NCBI GenBank assembly: GCA_009859145.1
Contig: VRVR01000008.1
Location: 257,494 to 321,493 of the forward strand
DNA: 64,000 nt
DNA from: Andalucia godoyi And28
Lineage: Eukaryota; Protista; Jakobida
Direction: 5' to 3'
Program-made: the position numbers and the translations under genes
Part shown: piece by piece, positions 16,258 to 28,396 of the stretch
Numbering within the stretch: position 1 is the first letter of the stretch
Layout: every line of letters starts with the position of its first letter
Notes under the pieces: model-generated
Database searches by the model: none
Told to the model about the DNA's origin: nothing
What the model saw: only the letters and a program-made list of their open reading frames with translations

Positions 16258-16781
16258 TTATTCAACAACGTCGTCGTTCTACTCGACTTCACCCAAAATC
16301 GAGGAATCCAAGAGGAACAAAACGTAAGAAATTATGACCAAATTAAGAAGTTGGGCATTCTGTTACCATCGGCAACTTGCAGCATTGGAAAAAACAAACG
16401 CTTCGAGATGCCAGGGAGCGTCTCGAACCTGTTTTCCGACACGCTTGTGTGTGCGGACCGGGTCGGGTACGTCGGCGCTCGCACGTAGCGCGTCTGCCGG
16501 AACATAATTTTGTTCGACCATGTTCGACTGTCTGTGAGCCCATCTCGAGTACCCTGGGCGCAAAACGACTCAAACCAGCAAAAAAGGCATGCATGCATAC
16601 CGCACATCGTCCGGTGTGGCGTCACTTGTTTTTTCTGTTTTTGTTTTGCAAGGAAGGAATCCTGAATGAGATGGCATTCCCTTCACTCTTCTCTGCTTTC
16701 GCATGGCATACATGAGTGTTTCGTAGTGCATTGTTGCCGCTTTACCACCCTCATCTTGACCATCATTGTTGCAGTTACAAC

Positions 16782-19700
16782 ATGCCTTCTGCACTGCGCA
16801 ATTCGTTGGTTTTTCTGAGGAACACGCTCGGAAACTCAGATGAGACTTCTCTCGATCTCGCTCATGCAGTTTCTTCTGTAGAAGAGCAGATTTCTTCTTC
16901 CGTAGAAGATGAAGCAGCAGATTTGGCGGCTGAAGTGCTGAGTAAGGATCATGGCTTACTGTACCTGCTTGAGAACGCTTCGGCAGATGCCGTGCAAGAC
17001 AAAATACCTTCCAAGTTGCTAGACTCATTGTTCAAATCTTGCGCAATTTTCGCGGAAAAGTTCGCATACATGATTGGCCAGGCATTCTTCGTGGCCCTCA
17101 GCGATTCTGTGTACCGAATCTGGATGAAGGATTCCGTGCCCAGTGCTTGCCGCGTGCATCTTGCCAAATGCTTGCAACATATTTTTCGGTGCAAGAAGAC
17201 TTGCGCACGAATTGGATATGCGCCGATGCACGTCAGTGCGTGGATTCAATCCTTGTCTGTTTTTCGAAACTCGAAATGTACGGCAACTTTGAAAGGGCAG
17301 CTCCTGGAGTGTTTCGCAGCCATCCTCAGGGCGTTTCATGCTGAACTGCAAGCAAATGACGCAAGCGGCCTCTCAAAAATGAGGGATAGTATGCTGTTCG
17401 AGCTGAGATCCCAGGATTCTCGAACTGAACAACAGGGACCTGTGATTGCAGGACTTTTTCATGCAATTTCTGTCTACTGTCAATATTACACGGACGTGGT
17501 TTCCGCGGACTTGGCATTTTTTCTAGGATGCATTCGAGGCGTTCTTTTGCGGTTCATGTCTGAAAGGGTGGCATCGCGCTATGAAGTTCCCAAGGCAGCA
17601 TTGGACGCTGTGCATGAACTGTCCAGCAGGTACGCTGATCTGCTGTTCGGCGACGACCCTTCGAAGCTTTACGAGGCCGTTGAGTTTGCAGTGTTTTCCA
17701 CGAATGCTGACGTGCGCAAGTGTGCTCTTCGTGCATTTGAATCCGTGGTCGAAGGATTTTGCTCTTTTCTGATGTCCTCTCGAAGTCCAAGACTTGTGGA
17801 AATCTGTGAATATTTCTTGCTCATTGCTGTGAATCATCGCCTTGCTGCGATTTCTTCGAGAGACGATGTGAAGAAGGGCATCCATTTCATTCGAATTGTC
17901 GGCATTGTGTTTCCTCTGTGCATGTTTGCTGAGAACCAGTTACGGATTCAAAACCTTCGCTTGTCGACGTCTGTTGACGAATTGATTGCTTTGGTGGAGC
18001 ACTTTTTTGATATGTTGTATGGCAATTGTCCTTCCATTCCGATATCAGAAAGCTTTCTTCATTTGCCTGCCTTTGCACAGTGCTTCTCCTGTATGATGCT
18101 CTCTCTCTCTAATGTACCGCAGACCGTGGATAACTGCGTCCGACGATTGCTTTCCATGATATTGCGCATCGTGCCTTCTCAGGAAATGTACCAGAATTTG
18201 TTCCACGTATTTTGCGCAGCAGTTGGCCGAATCATGTTTGCGTGCGCTACACATGCGTTTCTTCTGCACGATGTTTGTTCTTTTTTCTCCTCTCTCGTGG
18301 TTCAGTACAGCTGCATGTCTCGAAATCAACTAGAGTCTTCGTTGTCGGATTGGAATCTACACTATGAATCCAGGCTGTCGGGACGTGAAGCACAGCCGAG
18401 CTTACTAGACGAGCAACTGTCGAAAGTGTTTTCCAGATTCTGCTGCCGAATAACCGATGAGGAATCCTTTTCAACTTCAAAATGGTCCTCGTTTTGGATG
18501 TCGTTTTGTGTTGGGGACCGGCCGAGAATTTCTGTTGTCGAGGAATCGCGCTTGGTGGATATTTTGGCTCTTCGCACGGAAATCATGACAATTTTTGTTG
18601 ATTCCTTTGTGCGGTGTTTGGCCGTCGATGGCAACCGTGGGCAGCGGGGGCCCGTGCCGGCGACATCTGCACATGGACGTTCCTCGTCTCTGAGTCCCGA
18701 AATGGTTGCGACTTGCAAGTTTCTCGGTGGAATTTTTGAGCTTGGTAGCATTTCTGCTTTGCAAAAATCTATGTTTCCTGTTTTGTCGGCAGTTGTGGAC
18801 TTGTTGCACAGCGGCAGTTCTTTTGCATGTCTTTTTGACTTGCTTGCGGGCATACTGCGATTCATTTCCGTCAATCTCCGAGATGACAGTCTTCAAAGTC
18901 TTGCGACACCTTTGAGAACCGTCCTCTCCTTTTTGTACTCTGTGTTCCGGCGACTTTCTTCCGACGATTTTTCTTCCGCTGTGTCATGCTTCTGCTTCCT
19001 TCCCGTGCAGCTAATTGACGTTAGATTGTTTGTCTCTGTTTTGGAAACCATTCTTTCCCTGAAGTCGGTTTCTTCTGTGGCACTCATTTCCAGAGTTCTT
19101 CTCCTCGTCGAGGAAACTGCGTTTTGCCGGCAAGAAGAGATTCTTCCGTTTGCATCATCCATCATTTCTTGGATAGATCCGTTGACCGTTGCTCAATCGG
19201 AAAGCACCTCTACTCCTGTTTCTCGAGATCCTACATCGGATGCTGCAGGATTGCGAAAGCAAGCGCTTCGACTGGTGACCATCTTGTCGTTTCTGACCGG
19301 TCATTCCTCTCAGCTGGTGAGGGACAGCGGATTCAAATCTTTTCCGTTGGATACCTTTTCAGTTCCGATTTCAACGTCTTTGGGTAATGTGGAGATGATG
19401 AGCCGACCGTTATTCATTCGCTGCATGCACCTTGCAGAGCACTCACCTGTCCGCTCCGTTCGAATCGCTTCCGTGGAGTACGTTTATTCCTTCATTTTGT
19501 ATTTGATTGGTGTTCATGCTGAACATGCGAAAGTGTCGTCGGAAGCCATGGACTGGTTCGAAGTGTTGTTTCCTTTCATTTTGCGGCTTACCGTGCAGGA
19601 AGATGCGGTTATTGTTCAATTGATGCAGTCTTTAACGATGCAGCTTGTCCATTATTTTGTCGATAGCAGGGATCGTGAAAGCTTCGCCACTGTCTTTTGC

Positions 19701-22700
19701 GCATCGCTTGTTGCTGTGGCATCGTTTGGAGACGGTCGTCTCAGACTATCCGTGTTGCAGAGCCTGCTTACCGAGTTCTTTGTTAATTTGACAGCAAAGG
19801 AGGATAGCCTTTCTGTGTTCGACCGCTGTATTCGATTTCTGCTCTTCGACAACGACGTCGAAAAACGAGAATGCGGGCTGCTGTTGTTGCTACCGTGGTC
19901 GAACACTGACATCCCTGCTTCATTTCAATTTGTTCTTTTGCAGCTGTCGGTGTCGTCTGCATTGCTTATCTCAAACGTCGTCTCTTCGCCAGTATACCAT
20001 TCAGTTGTCGAGTTGTACAGTTCGATTTGCCAGCGCTGCTTTTTCACTCTTCAGAAGGATACTGCCTTCAGCGAGCGGTTCGACGATGTAATCAAGTTGC
20101 TACGAGTGAACCTTTGCCATGAGTCCCCGGACGTGCGAAGGTTTGTTTGGTTCTTGTTTCGAGAATTTGCGACCGTGTCCGTCTCCCATGCAGCGTCTTC
20201 CTTTATTCACTCTGCGCCGACAGTGCTTGTGCAGTATCTGGAGCTACCGTGTTTCCGAAAGTTTGACGCCAGCGATCAGATCAGTCAGACATGCTGCATA
20301 TTCGATTCTTACACGAGGTTCCTCGATTTCTGCAGTCGCTATCCCTCTCCTTTGGACTCTGACACCTTGCTGCGCCAGGTTCTGACACATCACGATTCGA
20401 AACTTTTCTTTTTGTGCGAGACGTTCCCGTCAATGTTCCCTGTTGCAGAGTCTTCTGAACGAGTGATTGCTGCAATAGTATCTGTTCTGCGTTTGCTTCC
20501 AACGATTCTTCCTTCGTGCCCCCAGCTTGCCCGGAATGCGATCTGGCTGCAGCTGTGCCTCGTGCCTTCTTCTCTTGGGATTTCCATTGAGCGATCCCCG
20601 AATCGCTTGCGATACATTCATGTTTGTTCGAAGTTCGTCCAAGCCGCCCGCGGGATCTTGGACTACCGCTGCCTGTCGACTCGGGGCGTGTTATTTGTGC
20701 CGTCTTTGTTGTCGGCTGTATCTTCGCCGCATGATAAACGCCTGCTTTTGCACTGCCTTCGGGTTCTGCGCGCGGCATTTGTTTTGCCAGTAGCTGAGAT
20801 CAGCATGCAGATCGGTCGTCCGTTCTCAGAATTCCTACTTGGTTTTGTTGTGCAGTCATTTGATGAACCCCGTGAAAGTTCGTCCAGTACGGATGGTGTT
20901 CTCCGCGATGTCCTGCGTCTGGCGATTGACTGTGAAGTTCCGTCGGCACTACTCTTCCAGAGTTTTACAAGAAGTGTCGCATTTTTTTCTTTCTCCAAGG
21001 AAATCATCGCGTTTTATGTCGCGCCACTGTGCTCATCTCTACTGTCCTCCCTCGATTCAGACTCTGTAATGTCGCAACTTCGCCAACTCTTCTCTTGCTT
21101 GGTCGACCTACCAAGGGACGTGGCAGTCCAGAGTTCAGTAGCCAGTACTATCCACAGCTTCATGCATGCTTTGGGTCCTGTTCTGCGGAAGCTGTCCGAG
21201 TTGGTAAGCTCGCGGATCCACGATGCGATTGAGGTTGTGCCACAGGTCTTGGAGCTCCTCAGCATGTTGTTTGAGTGTAGTTCCGTAGAATACCAACAGA
21301 ACATATCGGCAGATGGCTGCATTCGAGATGCTTTGCGTAATTTCGTTTGTGTCCTGTTTAGCCTCCCTGGGTCTTCTGAATCTCGCGCTCTTCAGATCAG
21401 CATCGTTTCCAATTTACGGCTCTTTTTTACCAGTTTTCCGACCCATGAAATACTGACTCTCTTAAAGGAACGAGTATTTTTTGAGTTTTTGCATGTCCCG
21501 GGCTCGTTTGCAGAGTTGTCTGAACTGCAGGTGGATGACCATCTCAAAATAGTTGCAGCAATCATTCGAACGGCATGCATTTCTTCATGTGATAGTTTGC
21601 TTTCAGATGTTTTCCCAATCATTTCCGAGTCATCTCATCCTGGACACCAGCCGATGGTGAAAATTTTCAAGGAGGGGCTGTTATTTTCCAGCACCCCTGC
21701 GTTTCTGGAAACTGTGCTGACCATTATCTGGAAATACTGCACGGATCGCAAGCCCGGCATGTCGGCGTTGCTTATCCAACGACGATTGTGTCTGTTCATG
21801 GACATACTCATCCCAGTTGTTGACGCAATGTCTTTGTCTGTTTTGCAGGATTTCGCTCTTTCGCTCGTCGTGGGCGTTATGCATGTAATTGCAGATGTGA
21901 GTTGGGAGGAATCTAAACTTGCTCGCTGCGAGAAAAGTCTAATTCTTTCCAAGCAGTTTGCGTTTTTGTTCCTTGAACATGTCGCTCTCCGTCTTGGCAA
22001 CGACGCATTCAGAGGCCCGTTGAATAATGTGTTTTCTCAAGCCCGGTCGGTTAGCAACCCCTCGGGAAAAGAGCTCATGAGCGCTGTTGTCCAGATTTCG
22101 ACCGATCCATCTGGAGAATCAGTGTGTCCCGCCCGTTTTCGTCTTTCTGTTGATCGCAACATCTTGGAGGGTCTTTTCCGGGCAGCATTCAGTTGCGTCA
22201 TTTCGGTTCTAGTGATAACTCAGACAGCGAATACGCTTTCGTCGAAGGTAGCGCTTCTTCCGCTTCACAAAGAATGGCTGAGGAACATGGTCTCTGCGGA
22301 TGTCATCTCGTTCAACACGCTGTCTTCTGGGACATTCTGGAAGTCGCATGCCCGATCAGCAGCAGGCTTTTTGGGAGGAACAGGTGTTTCGTCGTTCAGT
22401 ATTTCCTCTACGCTGTCGCATTTTACGCCGTCTGTCGCACCCAACTCCGCGACCGCCAATGCCTTTTCTCTTACTGAATCGACTTCCTCTTCGCACTTGC
22501 GTGGCAATGCAGCTGTCGACATCGGGGATAAAGATTTGCTTCCTGATGTTGCGAGTGTTTGCAAAGTGATCGACGTCATTGCGGAGTATTCCAAGACGTC
22601 TGCTTCTGCTCCATCCCTTCTTCTCAAATTGTTCTTTGAGTTGTTTTCATCTTCCTTGGAATCGCACGTCATCGCAGATAAAAATATCTGCCTGATGCTT

Positions 22701-24155
22701 GTGAAGGTCATTATTAGCCGTCCTCAGTTTTTCGGATCAAGATGTGGGGATTTTCTTCTTCTGATTGCGGATGCTGTTTTTGTGGAGTCCAAATTTGGGA
22801 GACAGGAAAGTGCGCTCACGTTGTTGGAGAGACAGAGTCTTGCTTGCTTTTGCAGCTGGAAAGAGCAGCTGGTGTCCACACAGTATCCTGGATTACACTC
22901 TTCCCACGGCAATCGATGTGTGAATGCTGCTTGCGTCGCCTTTTTATTGCATAGAGAGACTAGAGGAAGACCGCTGTTCAAAGCGGACATGGAGCTGTTT
23001 TCTGATTTTGTAGAACTGTTCCATTCTTCCATCACGTGGATCAATTCTGACATGATTCAGAAACTCGTCGCAAGAGATCATTCGCAGTCAGATGCACTTT
23101 ATCTGGTGTTGTCTGGTTTGGAAATCACCGCAATTCTGTTGAGGAACAACGTTTCTCCCTTTTCCTGCAACCCCCCGGAATTTTCTCTTCCAAATGGACT
23201 GCAGTTCGTCCGACCAGATGCCACTCAATTTTTGTCCGTGTTTCCGTCCATGTTATCTTCTGCTGATAAGAGAGTTGTAGAATCGTCAGCAATGGTTTGC
23301 GGATTGTTTCTCATGAAATTCTCACTTCTGGGGTTAGGTCTCTATGACAGCACTTTCTTCCTGGCATTCCGAGATTTGACGATTTCTGCCCTTCATCGAT
23401 TGCTCCAGGACAATGAGACCCGTGGTGTTTCGGCTCTCCGTCTTGTTGCTGAAAGCTACGGAGATATTCTTCTGAACGACAGGTTTGACCCCAGTGCCTT
23501 GTCGTTTTCCACGTCGTTATGCCCTATGATCGCTGATCTGTACATGTACTGCCCCGTGCGTCTCTCTCGTCTTGATCGTGTTGTTCTGCTGTTTTTTAAA
23601 GATGGATTTCTGAGAAATCCTGCTTCCCAAAGCAAAATACTGAGCTTGCTGCATCTGCAGTTTGTAAGGGCATCTCCGGAGGATCGTTCGAGGGTTCGGA
23701 TGGACCAGATTGAGGTGTTTTATGGCTGGATTTTGAATGACGCGTGGTCTTTTCGGGGCGCCGAAGAAGAAACTCGTGTTGCTTTTGCGTCCAATTTTTG
23801 TGATCTTATCCAGTCCATGCATCTTGCAGAAGCTGATTTTGCAGAACTTGTTTTCCCGTTTGTTTCTTTGTCGATTTCCGATCCATCACTGTCTGTTCGT
23901 GCTGTTGTGCGGAAACTCGTGGTTTCCATGTTCTCTTTTCATCCGTCATTGATTTTCTCGTCACCACTGTTTTCCGCGTCGTTCAGTGCCGAAAATTTTG
24001 TTTCATGGGTTGCGTCTCTTGGAATCCATCTTTTCGAAACTTTGTTATCCTCCAGCGACATGGATCAGCCGATTTTCGGATCGCCCGTCCCGCATGCTGC
24101 GGGCGCGAAGAATCCAAAAGAGCTGGAGATCCGAGATACGTTGCTGTTTTCAAAT
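16782..24155 (+). CDS. PRKDC: DNA-dependent protein kinase catalytic subunit, exon 1 (N-HEAT/M-HEAT)
   Basis: Long HEAT-like ORF from the first ATG (MPSALRNSL). It ends in phase 0 at a GTATGC donor and splices in frame to the kinase-containing ORF, for about 3794 aa total. Confidence 0.85.
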
Positions 24156-24274
24156 GTATGCATTTCCCCACCAGAAAGAGTCTGTTTTGAAATGTCCAAT
24201 TTCATAATTCATTGATTTTCCTCTTTTTTAATTAATATTATTTGTCTTTTTTTTTTGTTCCTCCACGTTAACAG
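24156..24274 (+). other. Spliceosomal intron (119 nt, phase 0) in PRKDC
   Basis: GTATGC donor, AT/T-rich body, and TTAACAG acceptor. Removal joins ...LLFSN to PKRDEVSNAIPG... in frame with ORF 24371-28285. Confidence 0.85.
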
Positions 24275-27200
24275 CCGAAACGTGATGAAGTTTCGAATGC
24301 CATTCCCGGATCCGTCAGTTCATCAAACATTGTCCAATCATCTTTCCTTTCCGAAATCTCGACTTCGGACTTGCAATCCTCCATGGGTGTCGCCGCGCTG
24401 ACGAGCCAGAGGTTTCAGACTGCTCCATCTGTTGCAGATCACGCGCGTCTCCTGCGATTTGCATTCTTAAAAAGAAAAAGAGAGGAATCAGTCGCACAGT
24501 CGCTTAAGCAAAGCAAATTGTTCTCGTATTCCTTGCAGAATACGTATTTTGAATCGTTTACGCCCGTCATTTCTTCTTGCTCTCGGAGATCGTTTTTGAA
24601 ACCACTATCGCTTGTGGTACTGATGGATCCTGTTGCCTTGAAAGAGCTGACGTTGCACCTGTTCAGCGTCCTGGTATCTGCTCAAATTTCGGAGCATCAG
24701 GAGGAATTTCAGAAGTTTTTTGAGAAGCTGCTTCTGAACAAGTCTGGATTGAATGAGAAAGTGGAGTTTGTTGCACAGTTAACGTGTCGTGTGCAGTCAT
24801 CCTTGATCCAACTTGATGGATTTTGCATTTCCGCGGCGTCAGAAGTGTCTGGAACGGCCCTGCTTGCCGCGGAGTATCTTCACTATGACCCTGTCAAACA
24901 GTCATCCGCAAAAAGACACAGGCTTTCGAACTCTTCTCCGATTTTACTGGATGTGATGCTGCATCGCATGTATTCAAAAGTCGACGAAGACGTTTTTGGT
25001 CGGTACATATGGGAAGAAATGGTAGACCGTGCTCCATTGAAGGTTCGTGAATTCCTTCAGCAGACATCGTGGAACATGTCTTCCACCACGAGTGATGTCC
25101 AGAAACTGGATCCGATGGTGCAGCATGAACTGGGACCCCTCATCCTTGAACGACTGCAAGCTCTTGGCAATTGGGAAGAGATCGATACAGTCTTTGGGAA
25201 GATTCAGTCAGAAGCAATCTTTTCATCTGATGACGTTGATGAAGCGAAGGTGTTGCATTCCATGTCGTCCAGATCCTTGCCGTTGGATTCTGCAGACCGC
25301 CAGATGTCGGGTTCACGATTCAGTGATTTGCTGGCTGCATACATGCATTCCATTTCCGCATCAGCGTTTTCGTCATTGCTTGATGTTATTGAGGAGTCGC
25401 AGAATCAAATCATTTCCAATTTGCATGTGCCTTGGGGTCTCCTTCCGTTTTATAAGCGGATTGCCTTTTTGGACCACTTTGGGACCTCAATGATGTTGCA
25501 ACAACATGTGTCGTTGTTTCGTGATCTTTCTTGTGGAAAGTTTCCATCTCAATTACCAAGAGATCGCACAGTGTTCTTTTGGAAATTTGGAAGTCCGCAA
25601 GGTGCTCCGTTAGTCGTTTGGAACAGACGATCCGTTGTTCACAGTTCGCTTTTGCAGGATGCGAAGGATTTGCTGAAGCGGTTTCCGTCAGACTCTTTTT
25701 GCGGTATAGTGCAGGATTTACAGGAACGCCGGCGCGATTTTCTGCGGACTGCCGCTTCGGAGGCTCGTACTGCTCAGAACTTTGCGGTCGCCGCAAGATT
25801 TCTAGAGGAAGCTCAAGACGGACTTGATATCCCTTCGTTCATCTCCACCGGTCTTGCTGCGGAGTTCTCACGAAACAAACTGGATCTTCTTGCAGCAACT
25901 GCTTCGACGAATGTTGAAACTGTTGTCACCGGTATTCGGGATTCCCTTTCCATGATTCAATCTCTCTTATCGTCTGTTGAGCCCACAGCGCTGGCGTCAA
26001 ACGACAGATTCATGGAGCTGAAATTGATTCCTTTGGACTATCTCTTGCTGTTGCTGAAACTCAATGTTGAAGACCAGGCAGAGACGCTTCATGAGGCATT
26101 CCATTGCGTCGCAGAACTCGTCACAAGCGCTTTCACGAGTTCGCAGGCCGAGCTATCTTCATCTCTGGGCAAGAGGTGTTTTGAGTTGTGGGTAGCAGTC
26201 GGCCGAACCCCTCGTTATGAGAATGTTCCCATTGCCATGCACGCGTGCGATTTGCTATGTCGCTCCCTGTCCACCGCACACTGTTCTCCGGATGTCCTCT
26301 CGCGAGTTTTCCAACTTTGCGAGATGCAGTCTGAGTGCCGCTCTGTCGCTGTTGCCGCGCTGCAAAAGGTACCAGCATTCGTCTTTGTTCCGTGGGTATC
26401 TGCAATGCTGAGTTCTTTGCCACAGGAATCTGGGTATGTTCACGAAGAAATTCTGAATCGAGTTCTTTCAGAGTTTCCGCAACCATTGTTTTACAAGTTT
26501 CGAAGCGTGTTGCCGATTTTTCGATCCACAGAAGCCAGCTCCAGTAGAATGATGTTTTTCTGTGATCGAATGGAGCAGCGGTGTCAAGCAGAGACGTTCG
26601 CGATGCCATCCAAATTTCTTGCCGAAGTTGTGCAGTTTCGGAGCTTTCGTTTGTGCTTGGATGACATCATGAAGGAGATTGCGGTTCTCGATAGCGCCTC
26701 CTCTGCTGGGGCAATTAGATCATCAGTATTTTCTCTGTCGACCTTGCTCACCAAGGCAGTCAGAATGTGGCCAGCATTTGCCAAGAGCGAAGAGGAGTGC
26801 CTGAAGTTCGTAAGTGACTCTTTGAAACTGCTTTGCGGTGGGACGAATGCGGTCCCAATTTTGGATGTGCGAATGCGCATTTTACCTGGTCTGAAAACCA
26901 AGTTAACACCATTAATTCAGCGTTCCGAATTGCATTCTTCCAAGAAGGTGCCGCTTCGACTGTTTTCTGAACTGTTGGACTCTGTTTCGACATTCACCGA
27001 AACAGATTCTAGCAGACTGCAGGTTCCCATCGCGCTGAATTCCGATTTTCCGTGGCGGGCTAGCACTGAAATTCCATTTGTCTATTGCTGTGAGCCTTTC
27101 GTGCTTGTGATGCCGTCCGTCCGACAACCGATTCGCTTTGGAATGCTATCTAGCGACGGCGTCATACACCGGTACCTCGTGAAGACGGGAGAAGACCTGC

Positions 27201-28285
27201 GACTCGACGAGCGCATTCTCGGACTCTTTCATATGATCAATCGCTATGTTCAGACTTCGCATGCGACATCCACGTCAGTGTTTCGAGGCAAACTGATGTC
27301 GTATGGCGTTATTCCGTTGTCCACAACGTGCGGACTCATTGAATGGGTGTCCGACACTACGAGTCTGTATTCGATTTCCAGATCTAATGCCAATGTTTCC
27401 CATGTTCAGCAAGAAATATTCAAGTTGTTTGTTCCTTCTTTACAAGGGGGACTTCCTGCATGTGTCCGCGGAATTTGTGAAAGCTGGAATCCCCAAGGAT
27501 ATGACAGTCTTGTTCCTGCGTTTTCCTCCATTATCTCGAAATACCGGTCTTCTAACCTGCGTGGTGCGTTGCAGCTCCTGGCTTCCAGTTTTGAAACCTT
27601 CTTTTTTGTTCGATCGTCCTTTGTCCAGTCGCTATCTCTGCTGAATATCGTGTCCTACATCCTGGGCATCGGCGATCGGCATATGGAGAATTTCCTGCTG
27701 AAGACGGACACAATCGACCTGGTTGGCATTGATTTTGGGCTGGCATTTGGTGCTGCTCTGGAGAATCAAGCTATTGCAGAACTTGTTCCTTTTCGGCTCT
27801 CGCCAGCAATGCAAGACGTATCTCATCCTCTGAACCCGCGATCCGTCTACGTCCCTTTCATGTCCCGATACTTGTCTGTGCTGCTGGACCACAGGGACGC
27901 ACTCCTGTCAGTGTTATCCATTTTCGTGAAAGAGCCGGTGGTCGTGGCGTCTTCCTCCTTGTCGTCTTCTTCCCATTACCAGGACCCAGTCGAAGCAGGT
28001 CAGCAGATGCTCGCGACTGTCCAGCAGAAGCTTGACTTGCACAATCCAATTGATGTCCTCGTGGACGGTCTCAAACAGAACAGCCGAATTCCGCGCGTGA
28101 GCGATTGGTCTGGCGTGCATTCCTTTGTCGCTGGGAGGGGGTTCAAGCAAACAGCGCATCGCAGTCGGTATGCTGAGCTGGAAAGGATGTCCGCTGTTCA
28201 CGACTATGTCGACTGCTTGGTGGACATGGCAGTCGATCCAGCTCTGTTGGCATGCATGTACATTGGGTGGAAAGCTTGGTGGTAA
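24275..28285 (+). CDS. PRKDC: DNA-PKcs exon 2 (FAT, PI3K-like kinase, FATC)
   Basis: YLVKTGEDLRLDERILGLF (DNA-PK GGEDLR-type motif), GLIEWV, ILGIGDRHMENFL, IDFGLAFG, ELVPFRLSP, and FATC ending DPALLACMYIGWKAWW. LLRFAFLK and DPVALKELTLHLF resemble the DNA-PKcs region before FAT. Confidence 0.93.
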   Translation, partial: PKRDEVSNAIPGSVSSSNIVQSSFLSEISTSDLQSSMGVAALTSQRFQTAPSVADHARLLRFAFLKRKREESVAQSLKQSKLFSYSLQNTYFESFTPVISSCSRRSFLKPLSLVVLMDPVALKELTLHLFSVLVSAQISEHQEEFQKFFEKLLLNKSGLNEKVEFVAQLTCRVQSSLIQLDGFCISAASEVSGTALLAAEYLHYDPVKQSSAKRHRLSNSSPILLDVMLHRMYSKVDEDVFGRYIWEEMVDRAPLKVREFLQQTSWNMSSTTSDVQKLDPMVQHELGPLILERLQALGNWEEIDTVFGKIQSEAIFSSDDVDEAKVLHSMSSRSLPLDSADRQMSGSRFSDLLAAYMHSISASAFSSLLDVIEESQNQIISNLHVPWGLLPFYKRIAFLDHFGTSMMLQQHVSLFRDLSCGKFPSQLPRDRTVFFWKFGSPQGAPLVVWNRRSVVHSSLLQDAKDLLKRFPSDSFCGIVQDLQERRRDFLRTAASEARTAQNFAVAARFLEEAQDGLDIPSFISTGLAAEFSRNKLDLLAATASTNVETVVTGIRDSLSMIQSLLSSVEPTALASNDRFMELKLIPLDYLLLLLKLNVEDQAETLHEAFHCVAELVTSAFTSSQAELSSSLGKRCFELWVAVGRTPRYENVPIAMHACDLLCRSLSTAHCSPDVLSRVFQLCEMQSECRSVAVAALQKVPAFVFVPWVSAMLSSLPQESGYVHEEILNRVLSEFPQPLFYKFRSVLPIFRSTEASSSRMMFFCDRMEQRCQAETFAMPSKFLAEVVQFRSFRLCLDDIMKEIAVLDSASSAGAIRSSVFSLSTLLTKAVRMWPAFAKSEEECLKFVSDSLKLLCGGTNAVPILDVRMRILPGLKTKLTPLIQRSELHSSKKVPLRLFSELLDSVSTFTETDSSRLQVPIALNSDFPWRASTEIPFVYCCEPFVLVMPSVRQPIRFGMLSSDGVIHRYLVKTGEDLRLDERILGLFHMINRYVQTSHATSTSVFRGKLMSYGVIPLSTTCGLIEWVSDTTSLYSISRSNANVSHVQQEIFKLFVPSLQGGLPACVRGICESWNPQGYDSLVPAFSSIISKYRSSNLRGALQLLASSFETFFFVRSSFVQSLSLLNIVSYILGIGDRHMENFLLKTDTIDLVGIDFGLAFGAALENQAIAELVPFRLSPAMQDVSHPLNPRSVYVPFMSRYLSVLLDHRDALLSVLSIFVKEPVVVASSSLSSSSHYQDPVEAGQQMLATVQQKLDLHNPIDVLVDGLKQNSRIPRVSDWSGVHSFVAGRGFKQTAHRSRYAELERMSAVHDYVDCLVDMAVDPALLACMYIGWKAWW

Positions 28286-28396
28286 GCCGAAAGAACGAAA
28301 AGCCGTTTTCTGTCATCTATTATTTTAATATTGAATTTCAATATTTTGTTTTGTTGTCGCTGATTTTTTTTCTATGTTTTTTTAATTAATTATTAT

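Noticed and set aside
16716-28285. Apparent split of DNA-PKcs into two genes (2499 aa + 1304 aa)
   Set aside because: A canonical 119-nt GTATGC..TTAACAG intron (24156-24274) joins the two ORFs in frame, so there is no evidence for gene fission or frameshifting.
28326-28346. Perfect AT-rich inverted repeat (aatattgaa-t-ttcaatatt) between the convergent PRKDC and VOA1 stops
   Set aside because: Such palindromes are expected by chance in a >80% AT spacer, and it does not recur at other 3' ends.
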